A stretch of DNA of 64,000 nt, from contig OZ316892.1 of NCBI GenBank assembly GCA_973895155.1, positions 9,776,283 to 9,840,282 on the forward strand, written 5' to 3'. Under the pieces are notes generated by a model. The model ran no database searches, was not told the DNA's origin, and worked only from the letters and a program-made list of their open reading frames with translations. The DNA is from Marsupella aquatica (lineage: Eukaryota; Plantae; Marchantiophyta). The translations under genes were made by a program, and so were the position numbers. Below are positions 26,918 to 40,274 of this stretch, one piece after another (the first letter of the stretch is position 1; each line of letters starts with the position of its first letter).

Positions 26918-28930
26918 CAAAAGATGTTGAGGTGAGGAAAATATGTCAAAGTGAAAAAAGATGAAGATGAGAGGAAAAGATATCTAGATGAAAAAAATGA
27001 ACAGTGAGAAAATATGGCTAGGTGAGAAAATTATGTAAAGATGTGGAAATGATGTCGAGGAGAGAAAAGACACTGAGGGCAAAGAAAAGATGTAGTGATG
27101 AGATAAAAATGTCAAGGTGAAAAAAAGATTACAAGATGATAAAATATAAGAAGTTGAGGTGAGAAAAGATGTGAAGGTGAAGAAATATGTCAAGCTAGGT
27201 GAGAAAAGATCACAAAGAGAGAAAAAGATGTTGAGGAAAGAAAAGATATTGAGGAAAGAAAAGATATTGAGGGTGAGAAAAAATATATAGTGGGGAGATA
27301 AAGATGTCAATATGAGAAAAATGTCAATGCAAGGTAAAGAGATTAAAGCAAAGAAAAACGTCAAAGCAAATTTAGATATTGAGATGAGTCAAAGATAGTG
27401 GTGGACCTCGCCACCCAGCGCCCTCACCAATCCCAGCACTTGCGCCTAAGTGCTCTTGGTGCCCGAATGCCTCCACGGAATACCTCGAGCAAGCATCCAA
27501 GTGCCTCTAGCACCACCTGCGGCCACTCCCATACGAAGCCGCACTTGCTCACCTACACGACCGCTACTCAACGGTCCTCACTCTCTGCACAAACAACCAA
27601 GCACCTCGGTAAGTAAACCCTTTGGATCTAGAACTCGCCTAGTCTAGCCTCCTAACTCAAGCTCAACAGACATTGGTAAATAGGTCAGCGATAGGTCCTC
27701 CCGATGCCATAAGCCGGAACCAGAACCCACGCCCACTGTCCGTCCAGGACAACTCCTTCCTTGGGCGCAGCCCGGGTTCCCCCTCGTACCTATCCATCAC
27801 CAACTGACCGCCCTGACCTCAGGACATGCTCATGGCCCAAATAGCGTAGCTTGTCCTAAAGCTTGTCCCAAGCTTGTCTCAACACGCCGGGACCAGAACG
27901 GCCCCGACTCTAACAACTGCTCCCGGTTTGCCCCACTGATGGTCTAGGGACCGAGCGCCCTTGGGCCTCAGCCTCCATAACTACTTGGCCTTGCCTCCCC
28001 AACGCCAGCTCCCGTGGGAGGCTGAATGCGGCTTGGCTGCTGTTCGGCAGGATTTGGCAAATGGGCAAGCTAACACCCGCCCACCACGAGAACCCATGGC
28101 ACCCCTAGACCCAGCTGAGCTTAGGAGGGCATAGCCCTCCTCAAGAGCTTTCCAACGCACCTAAGAAATCCTCCAATGGACTTCCTGTTGGCAAGATATC
28201 GTCATTTCCGTTTGGCGGTTTCCCTTAGTGTCGCGACCGCCGCGGCTCACGACTTCGGCTCGCCCTTAGCCCCCAGGGAGACACCACTACCCTTATATAT
28301 GCTTCTGGGGACCTGCCACCCCCGGACCAACTTTGGCCCCTTAACACCCCCAACCCGGATCCCATCGTGCATAATGGGCGCACCACCAACTGGCAACGCC
28401 CGTAACTTTCTTGATAGGCATCCGCAAGCGGAGTGCCTTAGCCCGTTGTGTCCGGGCCGACCCGGTGCTCATGCCTAGGCTCTCAGGTCTGATCGTCGCT
28501 CGGGGCCCCCGATCGGCCCAACCCGGATCGGGCCACAACTTGTGCCCCAAGCGTCCGTTGCCAATGGCATCAACTCCATTGGCCTTGGGCCCAAGAGGAG
28601 CTCACTCCCAAGCCCTCAGAACTCAAAGCCCATCCGATGGTTCAGACGGCCACCCTTGAGCCCGGCCCATTTCCCCTTGACCCAACCAGCCATAGGCTAG
28701 TCCAAGTCCTTAGTGTGTGTCCCCAGTTTGGCCCCTTGCCTCGCTAGTGCCACGTCTCATTGCCCACAAGTCTCCCCATGCTAAGTCCTCCCCGGATGGC
28801 CTATCCGGGCCTGGACCATAAGGGAGCTCGGCGTCGGAGTCAGCGACGCCGGAGCTAAGTGTTAAGGTAGTCGAGTTCCGCGACTAAGATGTTCGGGCGA
28901 GTCAAAGATGTCAAGTAGAAGAAAACTTGT
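26918..28930. repeat. Purine-rich degenerate minisatellite (AAAGATGTTGAGGTGAGA-like), interrupted by the 27397-28885 insertion
   Basis: Repeated AAAGATRTYRAGG..AGAAAA units span 26918-27396 and resume at 28886. Confidence 0.65.
27397..28885. mobile_element. GC-rich 1.49-kb insertion with AGT...ACT inverted ends and AAGAT TSD (possible solo LTR)
   Basis: There is a sharp GC step at both borders. AGTGGTGGACCTCG matches the reverse-complement end AGTCGCGGAACTCG at 11/14 positions. AAGAT occurs at 27392-27396 and 28886-28890. Confidence 0.65.
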
Positions 28931-29339
28931 TAAGGAGAGACAAGGAAATGTATGTGAGGGAAGGAAGCACCATGTCATAGAGTCCAAAAACACTTGCAAA
29001 AAAGGGGGGGGATTTTTTGTTTCATTGTTTCTCATTGTTTCTCTTTGTTTTAATTTTTTAATTTTAAAGAGATAATATTTTAAAATATTTTATCCATACT
29101 CAATTTTTTTTTCAAAATACTCAAATTTAATAGTATTTTTTTAAAACTTAAGTTTTTGTTTATTTATTTTTGTCTAAGGAAAGTTTGGGCAGGCTAAGGG
29201 CAGGCAATTGAGATCAAAGTGGGTATCAATGGATGGGTTTGACAATCACTAGAAAACAATTTTTTGATGAACGGCTACCTAGGATTAGTTCCTATTTTTT
29301 CTGATTTTGTAAACGGATGATGTAGGCTTTTGGAGGGAT

Positions 29340-29692
29340 AGTGAGGGTCAACTCTAGTCTTGGGTTAAGTTGTAGGTATCTATGCTAAATCACCATTATA
29401 TAGGGTGTTAATGGTGATTAGCCACGACTCTAGTATCTAGTATATAGAGGGGCTAGGGAGATTTCCTAGCTCTTGGAGACTCATCCTCATTATTGAGGGA
29501 GCTAGCTAGATGTTAGGAAGAGAGCTTGTAGAAAGAGACTTTGTGTGGCCATGGTGGCCAAAAGCTTAGTAAAGCTCTAGCATTCCGTGGACGTAGCCTT
29601 GACAAAGGTGAACCATGTATCTTGTATGTTGGTGTGCCTAATATGCTTACTGGTTGCAGTCTTGTGGTTGTATCGTGCCGGTTTTCCCAACA
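29340..29692 (+). mobile_element. Solo LTR (copia-like)
   Basis: GGGAT TSD on both sides; it ends CCCAACA. It shares the CGTGGACGTAGCC..GGTGAACCA motif with the 17705 LTR. Confidence 0.7.
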
Positions 29693-32016
29693 GGGATAAG
29701 ATATTATAATAGTTGATTGTGCAAGTTAAAGGTGACTATGATTTTTCTTGATTCATAACATATTTGAGTTTGTGTTCATATTCTGGGGTCAGAAATTACT
29801 ATTATGATTTTTAATTTACTATACTTTTACCTATACTCTTAGTTACTACCCCAATATAGCCCCTCTTAAACTCTATACATATATCCCGTCTACAATCTGA
29901 AGTTTCTTTAATATACCCTATATTGGAATTCCTTGGGGACCTTATATACAAGCCCAATACCATACCTTGTCGGTCAAAGACGTCCACTACACCTTTACTT
30001 GGTTGGTAGAAGGAAAACCCTATACTCGCCCAACACTGGTACAAACTCTCCTGCCGCTGACATACCTATTTCTTAAATTGGCACAACAACTACCGTAGTA
30101 ACAGAAACTTTAATTACAGCCCGTGCTTTTGCCTCTCACTTTTGCTGCTGCTTGACAATGTGAGCAAAAACTAATTTTGCTAGGGAGGAGAGTATTGTTA
30201 GCGAGTCAAATATCTTTTGAATTTCTCTAACTTTTGTATTTTTAGTGCAATTGTAAGACTCCATATGGCTTGCAAGGAAGAGTAGTCACAAAATTGGGTT
30301 TTAATTTGGTAACCAGGTTTTAGCTACAGTAGCTAGGGAATAAGTTTGCTAGCAAAGTGAGGTTTTTTCTTCATAACAGGAATTTTTCCTCATAGGTTGC
30401 TCGCAGGCTACAATTACCCTCGTCGACGTACCTACTAACAAAAACCAATTAAGATTTGGTAAACGGAAAGGTGCAGCTCACAAGGGCTGACCTCACCCCT
30501 GCGGTAGGGTCCTAGGGATTGTGGACCATCCCTTACTAGCCTCTCTCCAATTTGCTGTGGGCCCCAATATTAAGGCTAATCAATGCTACTAGCCCGTACA
30601 ATCGTGCATATCATAGGGAGTCTGCTGCCTGCTGCCTGCTGCCTGTCCGTATTGCCCACCCTGATATAAATACTAGGTGCCAAAGGAACTAATGTTGATC
30701 AGCTGTGAGTTCACTAGCAAACGAGCGAAATTCCATCCTATATATCAATTTTCCTTTGCCAGTGGGCTCATGTGCTACAGTAGGCCTTGAACCATCACAA
30801 GCAGCTGGTTTAAAAGTGCCATATGGAAGCAAGCAGTATAAATCTAACATGGTGTTCAAACACATTAGATCAATGCTGTATTGAATTAAAACGTTGCAGT
30901 GCGTCAAATTTCTGCAAGATTTGGTTCTCAAGCTCAAACTCTGTTCTTGGTAAAGCATGAGCTCATGCATTCTGATTCCCCACAACTTCCTTTGCGCACA
31001 TTGACATTATGTGCAATGAAGCTGTTTGAAATCATTCAACTGGCCGATCTCCCTAAATTCATCAACCTCATCCCTGGTATCGGTGAGCATCATATGACTG
31101 TAGTAGGCGTTGTAATTGTTGTGCAGGGTTTTAGATTTAGGTTTTACCATAAAAGTCACCAAAAAGTGGGGTTCATTCAAAGCACTGGACACTTTGAAAA
31201 ATTGAGGAATCCTCATGGACAGTGGATGGAGAGGGTAATGGGCAATGAGTGTGCAGGGGAAAAATGCACAGTCCTGGATGTTGTCCTTTTGACCTGAATC
31301 CTCCTCCCCCTTTCTTATTAGAACTGGACTCGGGTGTAGTGCGCATCCATACTGTTACATAATGTACATTCCTTGTCTCGCACATTCAAGCATAGACACA
31401 ATATATCCAACATGACAATCATACGAGAATGAAATACAGATGAAACTCATGTACGCACATGCCTAGATTGAACCCACAATAATTTTCAAGCAATCGAACA
31501 CCAATCAATTATCAACAACACACAATTGATGTTGTCCGATGCAATCAAACACATATGTCAAGCCAAACACACCTTGTGCTTCAAGGAATTTTCATGACAT
31601 GCACACAACCTGACCAACCACACCAGAGCTTGTGCTTGAAAAACTCAACATCGACAGATAGCCTTTCAGCCTCTCACACAGGGATAACTATCCTTAAAAA
31701 CATAGATTGGATCCTAACTGCTCGTATAGCACACAAAAAACCTCTAAGCCTAGATAGTACAATACACTATAACACCAATCCAAATGGTGTGACACGGGCG
31801 ACCAATGTCGTCAATGGTTTGCGTTGACAACATCCATCAACAGCTACTACCGGGGTACAGACACGTACTGGGTGGGTACACTGGGTACTGCACGGGCGCC
31901 AACTCGTGGTCTCATGGGGTTGGATGGCTCCGGTCCGGGTCCTGTTTGCGGGACTCAAGGGTTTTTCTGCCTGTTTGGCTTTCAAGGGGTCTTTCCCTTT
32001 TTTCCGCCCTGCTTTA

Positions 32017-32785
32017 CCAAAGCTTCATAGTTATGGACCATGCCTTTAGCCATTAACAAATGGCAATATGTTGTGTGATAATCTCCAACTATTCTGTGCT
32101 CCTCCTGATTCCAATCGCAGGCTCGACGAAGGGAGCCTTTTCTTATCTCCTTCAATTTTCCAAAAATTACAAAAATTTACTCGATGTTTCCTCTCTCACT
32201 TTGATTACTGCCTTCAATCTTTGAATCACTCCCCTGTGCTGTATATTGTTTCGAAGTTTCGTCGTGCTTTGCCTTATGAATCGGGTAGGTTCACTTTGTC
32301 CTTATGGGGATTGAGGCAGTGGCTACCCTTCTCTCCCCTTTTGTATCTCCTTTGCTTCTTCTGGCTTGCACTCTCACTTCACCATAGTCTCAGCGGATTC
32401 AATCCGCCATAGCCGTGCGGGATCGATTTTCCATGGCCTTGCTCAGCGGGTTGAGAAGTGCTGATAACGTGTTGTGTGATAATCTCCAACTATAATCCAA
32501 CTTCTCCCCCGGATGTATATATATTGTATGAAGGGTTACAAGGTTCCTAACTAGGGTTAGGTAAGTAACCCTAGTGACTTAACTATGGTATTCTAACACC
32601 ATAGGGGTTATGCAATTTTATTTGTCTTTTTCACTAGCCTCTAGAGTGACCTACGGAGATAAACCAAGTTTTATGGGAAAAAAGTTATGGACCATGAATT
32701 TGATAGTAGCGAAAATTTTCTGCTATCCGTGACCGTCACTTAGTCTTTAACGACTAAGTTAAGGTGAGGTTTGAGACCCCATGGG
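32017..32785. mobile_element. Partial inverted copy of the 5828 MITE family, hosting a mini LTR element
   Basis: AAAAAGTTATGGACCATGAATTTG and GTTAAGG..GGTTTGAGACCCC match the reverse complement of 5828-6056. Confidence 0.6.
32069..32598 (-). mobile_element. Miniature or deleted LTR retroelement
   Basis: A 129-bp LTR at 32470-32598 (TG..CA) is followed on the minus strand by PBS-like CGTTATCAGCAC. A ~24-bp LTR remnant lies at 32069-32092. Flanks are CAATA and CCATA. Confidence 0.65.
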
Positions 32786-33244
32786 GTCTCTTGCCTTTGT
32801 CCCCTGTTTGGGCAAAGGCGCTTTTACCGTGTTTGGCGCTTTTGTTCACTGGCAATGTGATATATACATTTGGCATCCAATCATCCAATCACGGAAAGTA
32901 GAAAAGTGAGTGCAGCAGAGTCAGTCACCACCTTCAGCAGCTCCGCTCATAGCTGTGAGTACACTTGGCTCTTGAATTTGTTGCCAAGAAGAGGAGTAGA
33001 GGCAGAGTTCGCCAATCGTCAATGTTGAGAATTGCCCCAGAGGACCCATAGCCTGCTCCTCTGGAGCTGTAACCGCAACACTAGTACTGCATGTGCCATG
33101 CAATGGCCAGTTTCAGATGAGAGAAGGTTTTTGCTATGGTTTTAATTTCGCATCAGTCTATTGTTCTGATTTTGTGAGTTGATTCCCACCCAGAGTTTGG
33201 TAGCGCAGCAGATCCAATTCGAGGCGAGACTAAAGCGAGACGAG

Positions 33245-36200
33245 ATGGTGGCTCCGACGGAAGTGAGCAGCAGCAAAATGTTTGAGGGGTACAACAAACG
33301 CTACAAGCACAAGAGCGAAGTTCTTGGATGTTTCATGAACTTCAGCATTTACTTCCCGCCCGGTGCGTCTTCGACTCCAGTCCCTGTGAGTATCCTTCTA
33401 TCTCTCTTTATATGCCTGGCGATCATTTTCAGCAACAAAGTCGGTTGCTTTTTTGTGTCTTCCATTGCTCGGAGATGGGTTACCGGAAGAATGATAGGAG
33501 CATATATTGATGTTGGAGTTTGAATGAGTGCATTACTCAATTCCAAAGTCCACGGGGCTCACACGAGGAACGGAACAGAATTTACAGAGTGAGAAGTAGA
33601 GAGAAAGGATGGCTTTAGGAAAATCACGCTAAATTATGCTGACCGCTTACGAGGGGGATTAAAAAATGAATTCTAAGTAGCGACTTATGGCAGAAAGCCT
33701 CCAGTGGGTAGTCTCCAGTTGATTTTCCCCACAATCAGCTTCCGTGATACATTGAGGAGTGGTGACACGATGAAGAATAAGGTGTGTCAAATCAGAATGA
33801 CTTCTGACGAGCAAGAGGGGCTAAACTTAGTTTAGATACTGCAGTAATGTAAAGTGAAGAACAAGGTGTCTCGAACAGGATGACATGTGACGAGGAAGAT
33901 GGGCTACAATTATTTCAGATACAGCTACTAGCACAATAAGCTGACTAACTAGGGCTCAGGGACTTGTAGCTATCAAGTAGGTATACATTTTTTTATTGAA
34001 ATTGAGTTGAGTTGAAACTGAGAAATATGGCCGCCAAATAGCTTTAGGTTGCGCTTGAGATGAAGTGAGCGTCGAGGACTCACCCACAAGTTCTAATGTG
34101 CAGGTTCTCTACTGGTTGTCGGGGCTGACATGCACAGACGAGAATTTTATTATAAAGTCAGGAGGTCAGCGAGCTGCATCAACAAATAACATTGCTATCG
34201 TTTGCCCAGATACTTCACCCCGTAAGTTGTCGGAGGACTTCTTGAAAGCACATACTGAGAATAATAGTCTTCTAATATTTTTTTTGTTCCCTTTTACCGA
34301 TTGGGCTTTCCTCTGTTGTCTGTCTCTCGGAATTTATTCAGGCCGCTTAGTTCGGATTGAATCCACCGCAAAATACTTGGTGAATTGTTTACTTTCATTG
34401 CTTGATTGAGTCAACTTCCCAGACGAATTACAATCTAGTATCTTCGTCTGTAACTCGACGTGTCTTCGCTGCATCTCTAGAAAATTCCTATTGTTGCAAA
34501 TGTCGTGGGAACAAGGTTTGAGTAATATTTGAGTGTCCCAGAGCGTCTACTACAAAATTGACGCTCATGTTCCGTTTACTAGTGTGTCACCTAACCTTTC
34601 TGCTGTATGCCCAGCCAAATTTCCTTCGATCAGCAGATTAGGCTAAATAGCTCTTTGTTCCGTGGGACACTTCAATATCACTTATCTCTGACGCTGTTTA
34701 TGACTACTATTCCTTTTAAACTCGAGATGAACCGTCGGTTGTCTCGTAGCTGGTCTCTGTGGAGGGCATATCAGGCTTCACAGGATGCTTGTGACTATCT
34801 TGAACATGTCAATGGTCAAAGCTGTCACTTGACTTAGCAAATTAGATGTATTAGTTTCTGGCTTGAATTTAGTGCATATTGTCCCCGAGTTAAGCGTCTC
34901 GTTGGAATTTTTTGAAGGTCCTGTCCATATGGGGTATTTTCCAAAGTGGATAAAGGAGTAAATAGTTTCTCTTGGCTCTGACCATGCTGATCACCGATAC
35001 TTGTTCTTCCTCTCGATGATATCTTTTAGCGGGTTGATTATGACGAATCCTTGGAATGTTGATGCAGGAGGTTTAAATGTTGAGGGCGAGGCTGAAAGTT
35101 GGGACTTTGGTGTCGGTCAGTTTGCCCTTTGCCTCCTTTCCTTTTCTTCGGTTTGGAAGGTTTCCTGGAAAACTTGAGGATTTAAGCTTTTGAGCAGTGC
35201 GCTAGTGTAGGCGGAGATTTGAATCACTTGGCATGAGGACAGCAAAATCAAGAGGCGCTTTGAGAAGTTTGTACACAGACCCCCAGTAGCTGCACTACTG
35301 ATCGGGTTATTATCAATGCGAATTCAAATGTCTCATAAAGTGCTTCTGATGACTTCCTGAATTGCTAAGACCATTTTTGTCGGGTCGTATAAATAGTCTT
35401 AGTGAATGCTTTATTCTCCTTTTTGTGCTGCTGCCACTGTGGATGCTGAACTACCAAATAAATCGAACAAAATTCTGCATCAGCCATGGTGTCTATCAGA
35501 CACACATAAACTTATCATGCTGTGTTTTTCAGGAGCTGGATTCTACCTGAATGCAACTCAAGAAAAGTGGAAAAATTGGCAGATGTACGACTACATTACC
35601 AAGGAGCTGCCTACCATACTCAAGTCATACTTCATAGAGTTAGACACCACGCGTGCAGCTATAACAGGTCATTCAATGGGAGGTCATGGCGCTCTCACCA
35701 TTTTTCTGAAAAATCCTGAGGCATACAAGGTAGGTGATTGCGTCCAAGTTTACTCAGCCTGATAAGAGATGCCCGTCTTCCCCTTCCGGTCTAGATATAA
35801 GTCAGTTTTATCCTCTTGTGAAAAGTTTTGCTCTTGCATCTTGTGAAGTGTCGGGATTGAGAAAGCCTCAGTTGTGCTTCTCTCTGACCTGAATCGTGTC
35901 TCTACAGTCTGCATCAGCTTTTGCGCCTATAGCAAATCCAACACCAACTTTGTGGGGATCTAAGGCATTGACTGGATACTTGGGAGAAGACAGGTCTGCT
36001 TGGAAGGTGAGAAGTATTTCTTCACATTCTTCATTCTAGACTGTTAAAGATGGGATGAACATTCAGTAGAATTTTCTGCATATTGAAGTCACGTTATTAA
36101 GTACCATTGATAGCAGATGGTGAACACGGGCAACACAACAAAAGAAAGTATAAGAAATGAATACTTTGTTCTGAACATTAATTTGGTGGGGAAGTACTGC

Positions 36201-36973
36201 CCTACTTGTGACTCCTCGTCAGCACATTTGCATGGGTTTGCTTCCAAAATAATCCTCTGCGGAACCAGGGAAAAGCTAACAATGTCATAGATTCCACTTT
36301 GGTAATTGTAAGGCATTTGTGGAGAGGAAGTGATCAGGTCTAAATAAGAGACTCGGAATTAAAAATCATGACTTTAAAGTCTCATGATGTCTGCACATAA
36401 CTGTACTGACACTTGAAATAATGCAGGCATACAACGCGACAGACCTGGCTAAGGAATACAAGGGCCCCAAGGTAGAGATTCTCATCGACCAGGTACGTTC
36501 ATCTAAATCATTTCCTGGTATCCATATGACTGTTCAGGTGGGAATTTTCAATCGGGGGAGATTTAAAATGACTCATGCTGTACCTGACAATCGAGAATTT
36601 AGCTGAAGCTACCACATCTGCAGTTGGGCAGCATAGGAAAGTATTTTTGAAAAGATGCGAGACATTAAGACAAGGTGATGAAAAGGGTTCTAGAGAATGG
36701 CTGAGTGGATCCAGTTAAGTTTGGGATGATGAGTTAACATCGACTAAATAATAATATAATGACAGATCTTGATATGGTATTGTATGGCAGGGTGACAAAG
36801 ACCAATTCTACCTGGAGAAAAGACTGTTGCCGGAAGATTTTAAGAATGCGGCAGAGGCAGCCGGGGTTTCAGTGCTTCTCCGCATGCAACCTGGCTATGA
36901 CCACTCCTACGCGTTCATATCCACCTTTATTGATGACCACGTCAAGTATCATGCCCAAGCTCTTTACAAGTAG
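33245..36973 (+). CDS. SFGH: S-formylglutathione hydrolase (esterase D); exons 33245-33385, 34104-34221, 35068-35115, 35533-35729, 35908-36006, 36427-36492, 36791-36973
   Basis: Motifs [36 protein letters not shown], the nucleophile GHSMGGHG and GYDHSY are present. All junctions are GT-AG and in frame. Confidence 0.95.
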
Positions 36974-38689
36974 TATCACTTAGTGGTACGTTGTTGGCCT
37001 TGATTAAGAAGCTCCATCAATTCAGGATTGTATAGGAAGCAACCATCCCTAAATGTCTTGGTCTTTCTCAGTGGTATAGAGTTTTATCTGAAAACTCTGT
37101 GTGTGTGCTAAGTATGTGAAAAGACTTGAAAGTATCCACAGTTACGCAGTACAGCTCCTTTCTTTTTGCACAAGTGAGATCCTACTGAATCTATCTTTGG
37201 TAGTTGTGACTATCTTATATATGTGTGGGTGACTGGAATTGCTCTGTAGACTCTGAATGTCAGATATGTTTGATCTAAAATTTGTGACTTTTATTTGCTG
37301 GGAATCAAAGTCTGACAAAGGGAAGATATCATTTTGAGGTCAAATCAATGTTTAGAAGCGGACCTTCTGAATTGAGTCTGTCTGGCTGGGCTCCTTTCTC
37401 ACACCACTGGTGACTTGACAAGACATGGGGGCACTTGTTACTTTGTTTCATCCAAGCAAATTGGAGGGCCAAAGCAAATTGGAGGGCCAAAGCAAATTGG
37501 AGGGCCACTTGTTCAAAACAGAGACTCAAATCCAAGATCTTTGTAATTGAAGGTCAATAGATAAAAAAGTAAATAAGTAAATAAATAAAATAGAAAATCC
37601 TTAGTTAGAATAAACCAGCAAAAGTTAGGAAATGTTTTGGACCACCTTCAGAGGTGGTCTACAATCCTAGGCAAAGTAAGCACTCCATATAAGCAATTAC
37701 TTGGGTCCATTCCTTGCCATGTATATTTAAGGACACCATACATGATGGTTCCCCAAGTTGTTCCCCAAGTTTTTGTAAAGCCAACTCCAAGAGTTCCTAC
37801 TCATTATATGGTCTAGATCAATCTTGGGCAAATAGAAATTGTGCAGTGGCCCCAACTTTTTACATTTGTCTTCTTCTTTTGAGTTTTGTGTTTATCATCT
37901 CTCAACCTCTATGTTTTTTCTTCATCGCACTTTGTTTGGCAGTGTGTAGTAATTTGGTGGTTTTGCAAAATTGACCTCTTTTGCTTTTACTCTATTTTGC
38001 TTTGTTCGGCAGCTTTTCGTAAATTGTTACTTTTCCAGAAATTGACCTCTTTTGTTGTTACTCCATTGTACTTTGTGTGACCCTTTTGGTAAATTGGCTA
38101 TTTTCTTAAAAAGGACAAATCTCAGTTGCAGAATTAGCAAAGGAAGAATCTAAGACGAACCCAGGTTGGCCATGGAATCCATTTCCTGTCACTAGGAGTG
38201 GGTGTGTTCGGCACACTCCCAGTTCATCCTCCATGGGGCTGGTATTCTGAATCTCTGGGCCAGGGTAACAAGGTGGAAAAAGACCAATTTACTAAAACCA
38301 TTTCACTATCCTATCCCCCAAGCTGGTCAAAATTACTAATCTGCCCCCCAAATTAATTTAGCTAGCAGGTTGCACCCCATTTGGTATATGGGTTGGCTCA
38401 GCTTGACCTACTAACCTGAGATGGACACATAGAGGCTAATGATTAGCCCAGCCCCCTCCAATCGTGAGAGTTTAGGGGCTAAACCTAAATAGGAAGTACG
38501 AGCAAAACCTATTGCATTCTGGTCACTTCATTTCCCTCACTTTACTAGTAGCCAGGACAAATTACAAGCCTCCACCTGTCCCAAGACCAATTATGTGTCC
38601 TCTAGGGTTAGTCTAGTTTGGTTAAACCAACAATGAAAGGCACCCTGATAGTTGAATTGATTATGGGATAAAATAAGAAAGTAGGCAAT

Positions 38690-38980
38690 TATCGGGGGGT
38701 TAACTAAGTGTATATTTTGGGGTACCACGTGCGATCATAACCTAATATAAATAGACCTATTTTATAAAGAAAATATTCCAAGAATATTCTCTATTTTCAA
38801 TATTAATAACCTATTTTACTTTATAAAGGGTATATATTAAAGAATATTCTATAAACATGAGTTTATAATACCTTCTTTTGCCTCCTACGCTTTTAAAAAA
38901 TTTAGTTGAAATCTGCCAAAAATACCTATTTTGGATTGCACATGGTTCCTAAGATTTTTGATAGTCAACCCCCGAGAGGT
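38690..38980. mobile_element. MITE, uninterrupted copy of the 16803-17390 family
   Basis: TIRs TCGGGGGGTTAACTA and TAGTCAACCCCCGA; colinear with the interrupted copy. Confidence 0.7.
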
Positions 38981-39123
38981 AATTACTAGTGAAAGTAAAG
39001 AATATTTCTAGAATATTGTATTCATAACATAGTGCTATTTATATTATGCTAGTATCACATATCGTATCCCATAATATACAGTGAGTTAACCGCCTAGCTT
39101 TACTAAATTTTGGACCTAAGTTT

Positions 39124-39468
39124 TGTTGAGCTTGGATGACAATCGCAACGGCAAGCCCATGAACCATCCAACGCACAAGATTCGACACAGAGAGATACGT
39201 GGTTCACCTCTACACGAGGCTACGTCCACGGGAACACACAAGAGCTTTACTGCACTCTAGGCCGACCGGCCATACCAAGCATCCACAACGCAAGCTCTCT
39301 CTATCTCTCAATTAGCTCCGTAACAATGAGCCTGAGTTCCCACTCTCCAAACAAACACTGCTTGGGTATAGAGTGTGCACAACATGACTAACATAACCAA
39401 GTCTGCGACTAAGGTTAGCCTTAACTACAATATAGTCGTAACTCTAGACCTAAGAGTAAATCCTAACA
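39124..39468 (-). mobile_element. Solo LTR (copia-like)
   Basis: TGTT..AACA ends with AGTTT/AGTTC flanks; carries the reverse CGTGGACGTAGCC..GGTGAACCACGTA motif. Confidence 0.8.
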
Positions 39469-39614
39469 AGTTCATCGAGTAGCTTCCTCTATATATTAGG
39501 CAATCAAGTCATGTCTAATCACTATGAAATCTTTAATGTATATTAGACTAAGAGAGATTAACCCAAAACTTAAATGTTAACCCTAACAAACACAAAAGTG
39601 AAAAGAAGGGATGA

Positions 39615-39730
39615 AATCAAGTGGCTTAGGTCAGTTGGCTAGGGGATGAGCCTGAAACTGAAAGGCCCCAGGTTCAATCCATCCACATGCAAGTGTGGGG
39701 TGAGGTGGGTAGTGGACGGAAGTTTTGATT
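39615..39730 (+). mobile_element. Truncated tRNA-derived SINE
   Basis: A-box-like GGTCAGTTGG and B-box GGTTCAATCC; homologous to the 5' part of the 53093-53395 SINE. Confidence 0.7.
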
Positions 39731-39771
39731 ATCTACTCTCTCTCTCAACAGAATTGAAATGTCCATTTTGT

Positions 39772-39807
<36 letters not shown>

Positions 39808-40274
39808 TGGTGCTTTTCCTCTTGTTGGATCACTGGGAGCTCACCTTGAAATGGATTCACTACAAAGAAAGTGTCACTATTGGGGTAGGGCCAGACTACT
39901 AAATGTTTTTCCCCATTTCCGTTCAAGACCAATAAACCCAAACACAAGTCCTCTCCGTGGGCCTCCACCACCTCCTGCCCGCGGTCAACCCAATAAAAGC
40001 TGCCCGCCCCTTCCATACTCGCAAACGACAGCACCACTCCTCTTTCCGTCCACTTCCTCGCTCTCGCGTCAAATTCTCGCGCTCTCTCTCTCTCTCTCTC
40101 TCTCGTCAATCATCGAGCTTTAGAACTCCCGTTGCCGGATCAAATCAGCAGCACCAGCTGATCCAGAATTCCAGTTCATCGATCGACTAAAAGGCACACT
40201 TTGATCTCCTTTCCAGCTCGAGTCTTCTTTGCTGCCCCTGCGGCTGCTGCCGAAAATTGGGTTGAGAAAAAAAG

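Noticed and set aside
26984-27364. 126-aa Phe/Leu/Ser-rich ORF
   Set aside because: It is the translation of a low-complexity minisatellite.
27386-28909. 11-bp TSD GAGTCAAAGAT around the GC-rich insert
   Set aside because: It is better explained by host minisatellite periodicity; the 5-bp AAGAT model fits the inverted termini.
39615-39690. tRNA gene
   Set aside because: A and B boxes are present but no cloverleaf or acceptor stem is evident; it is homologous to the TSD-flanked SINE.
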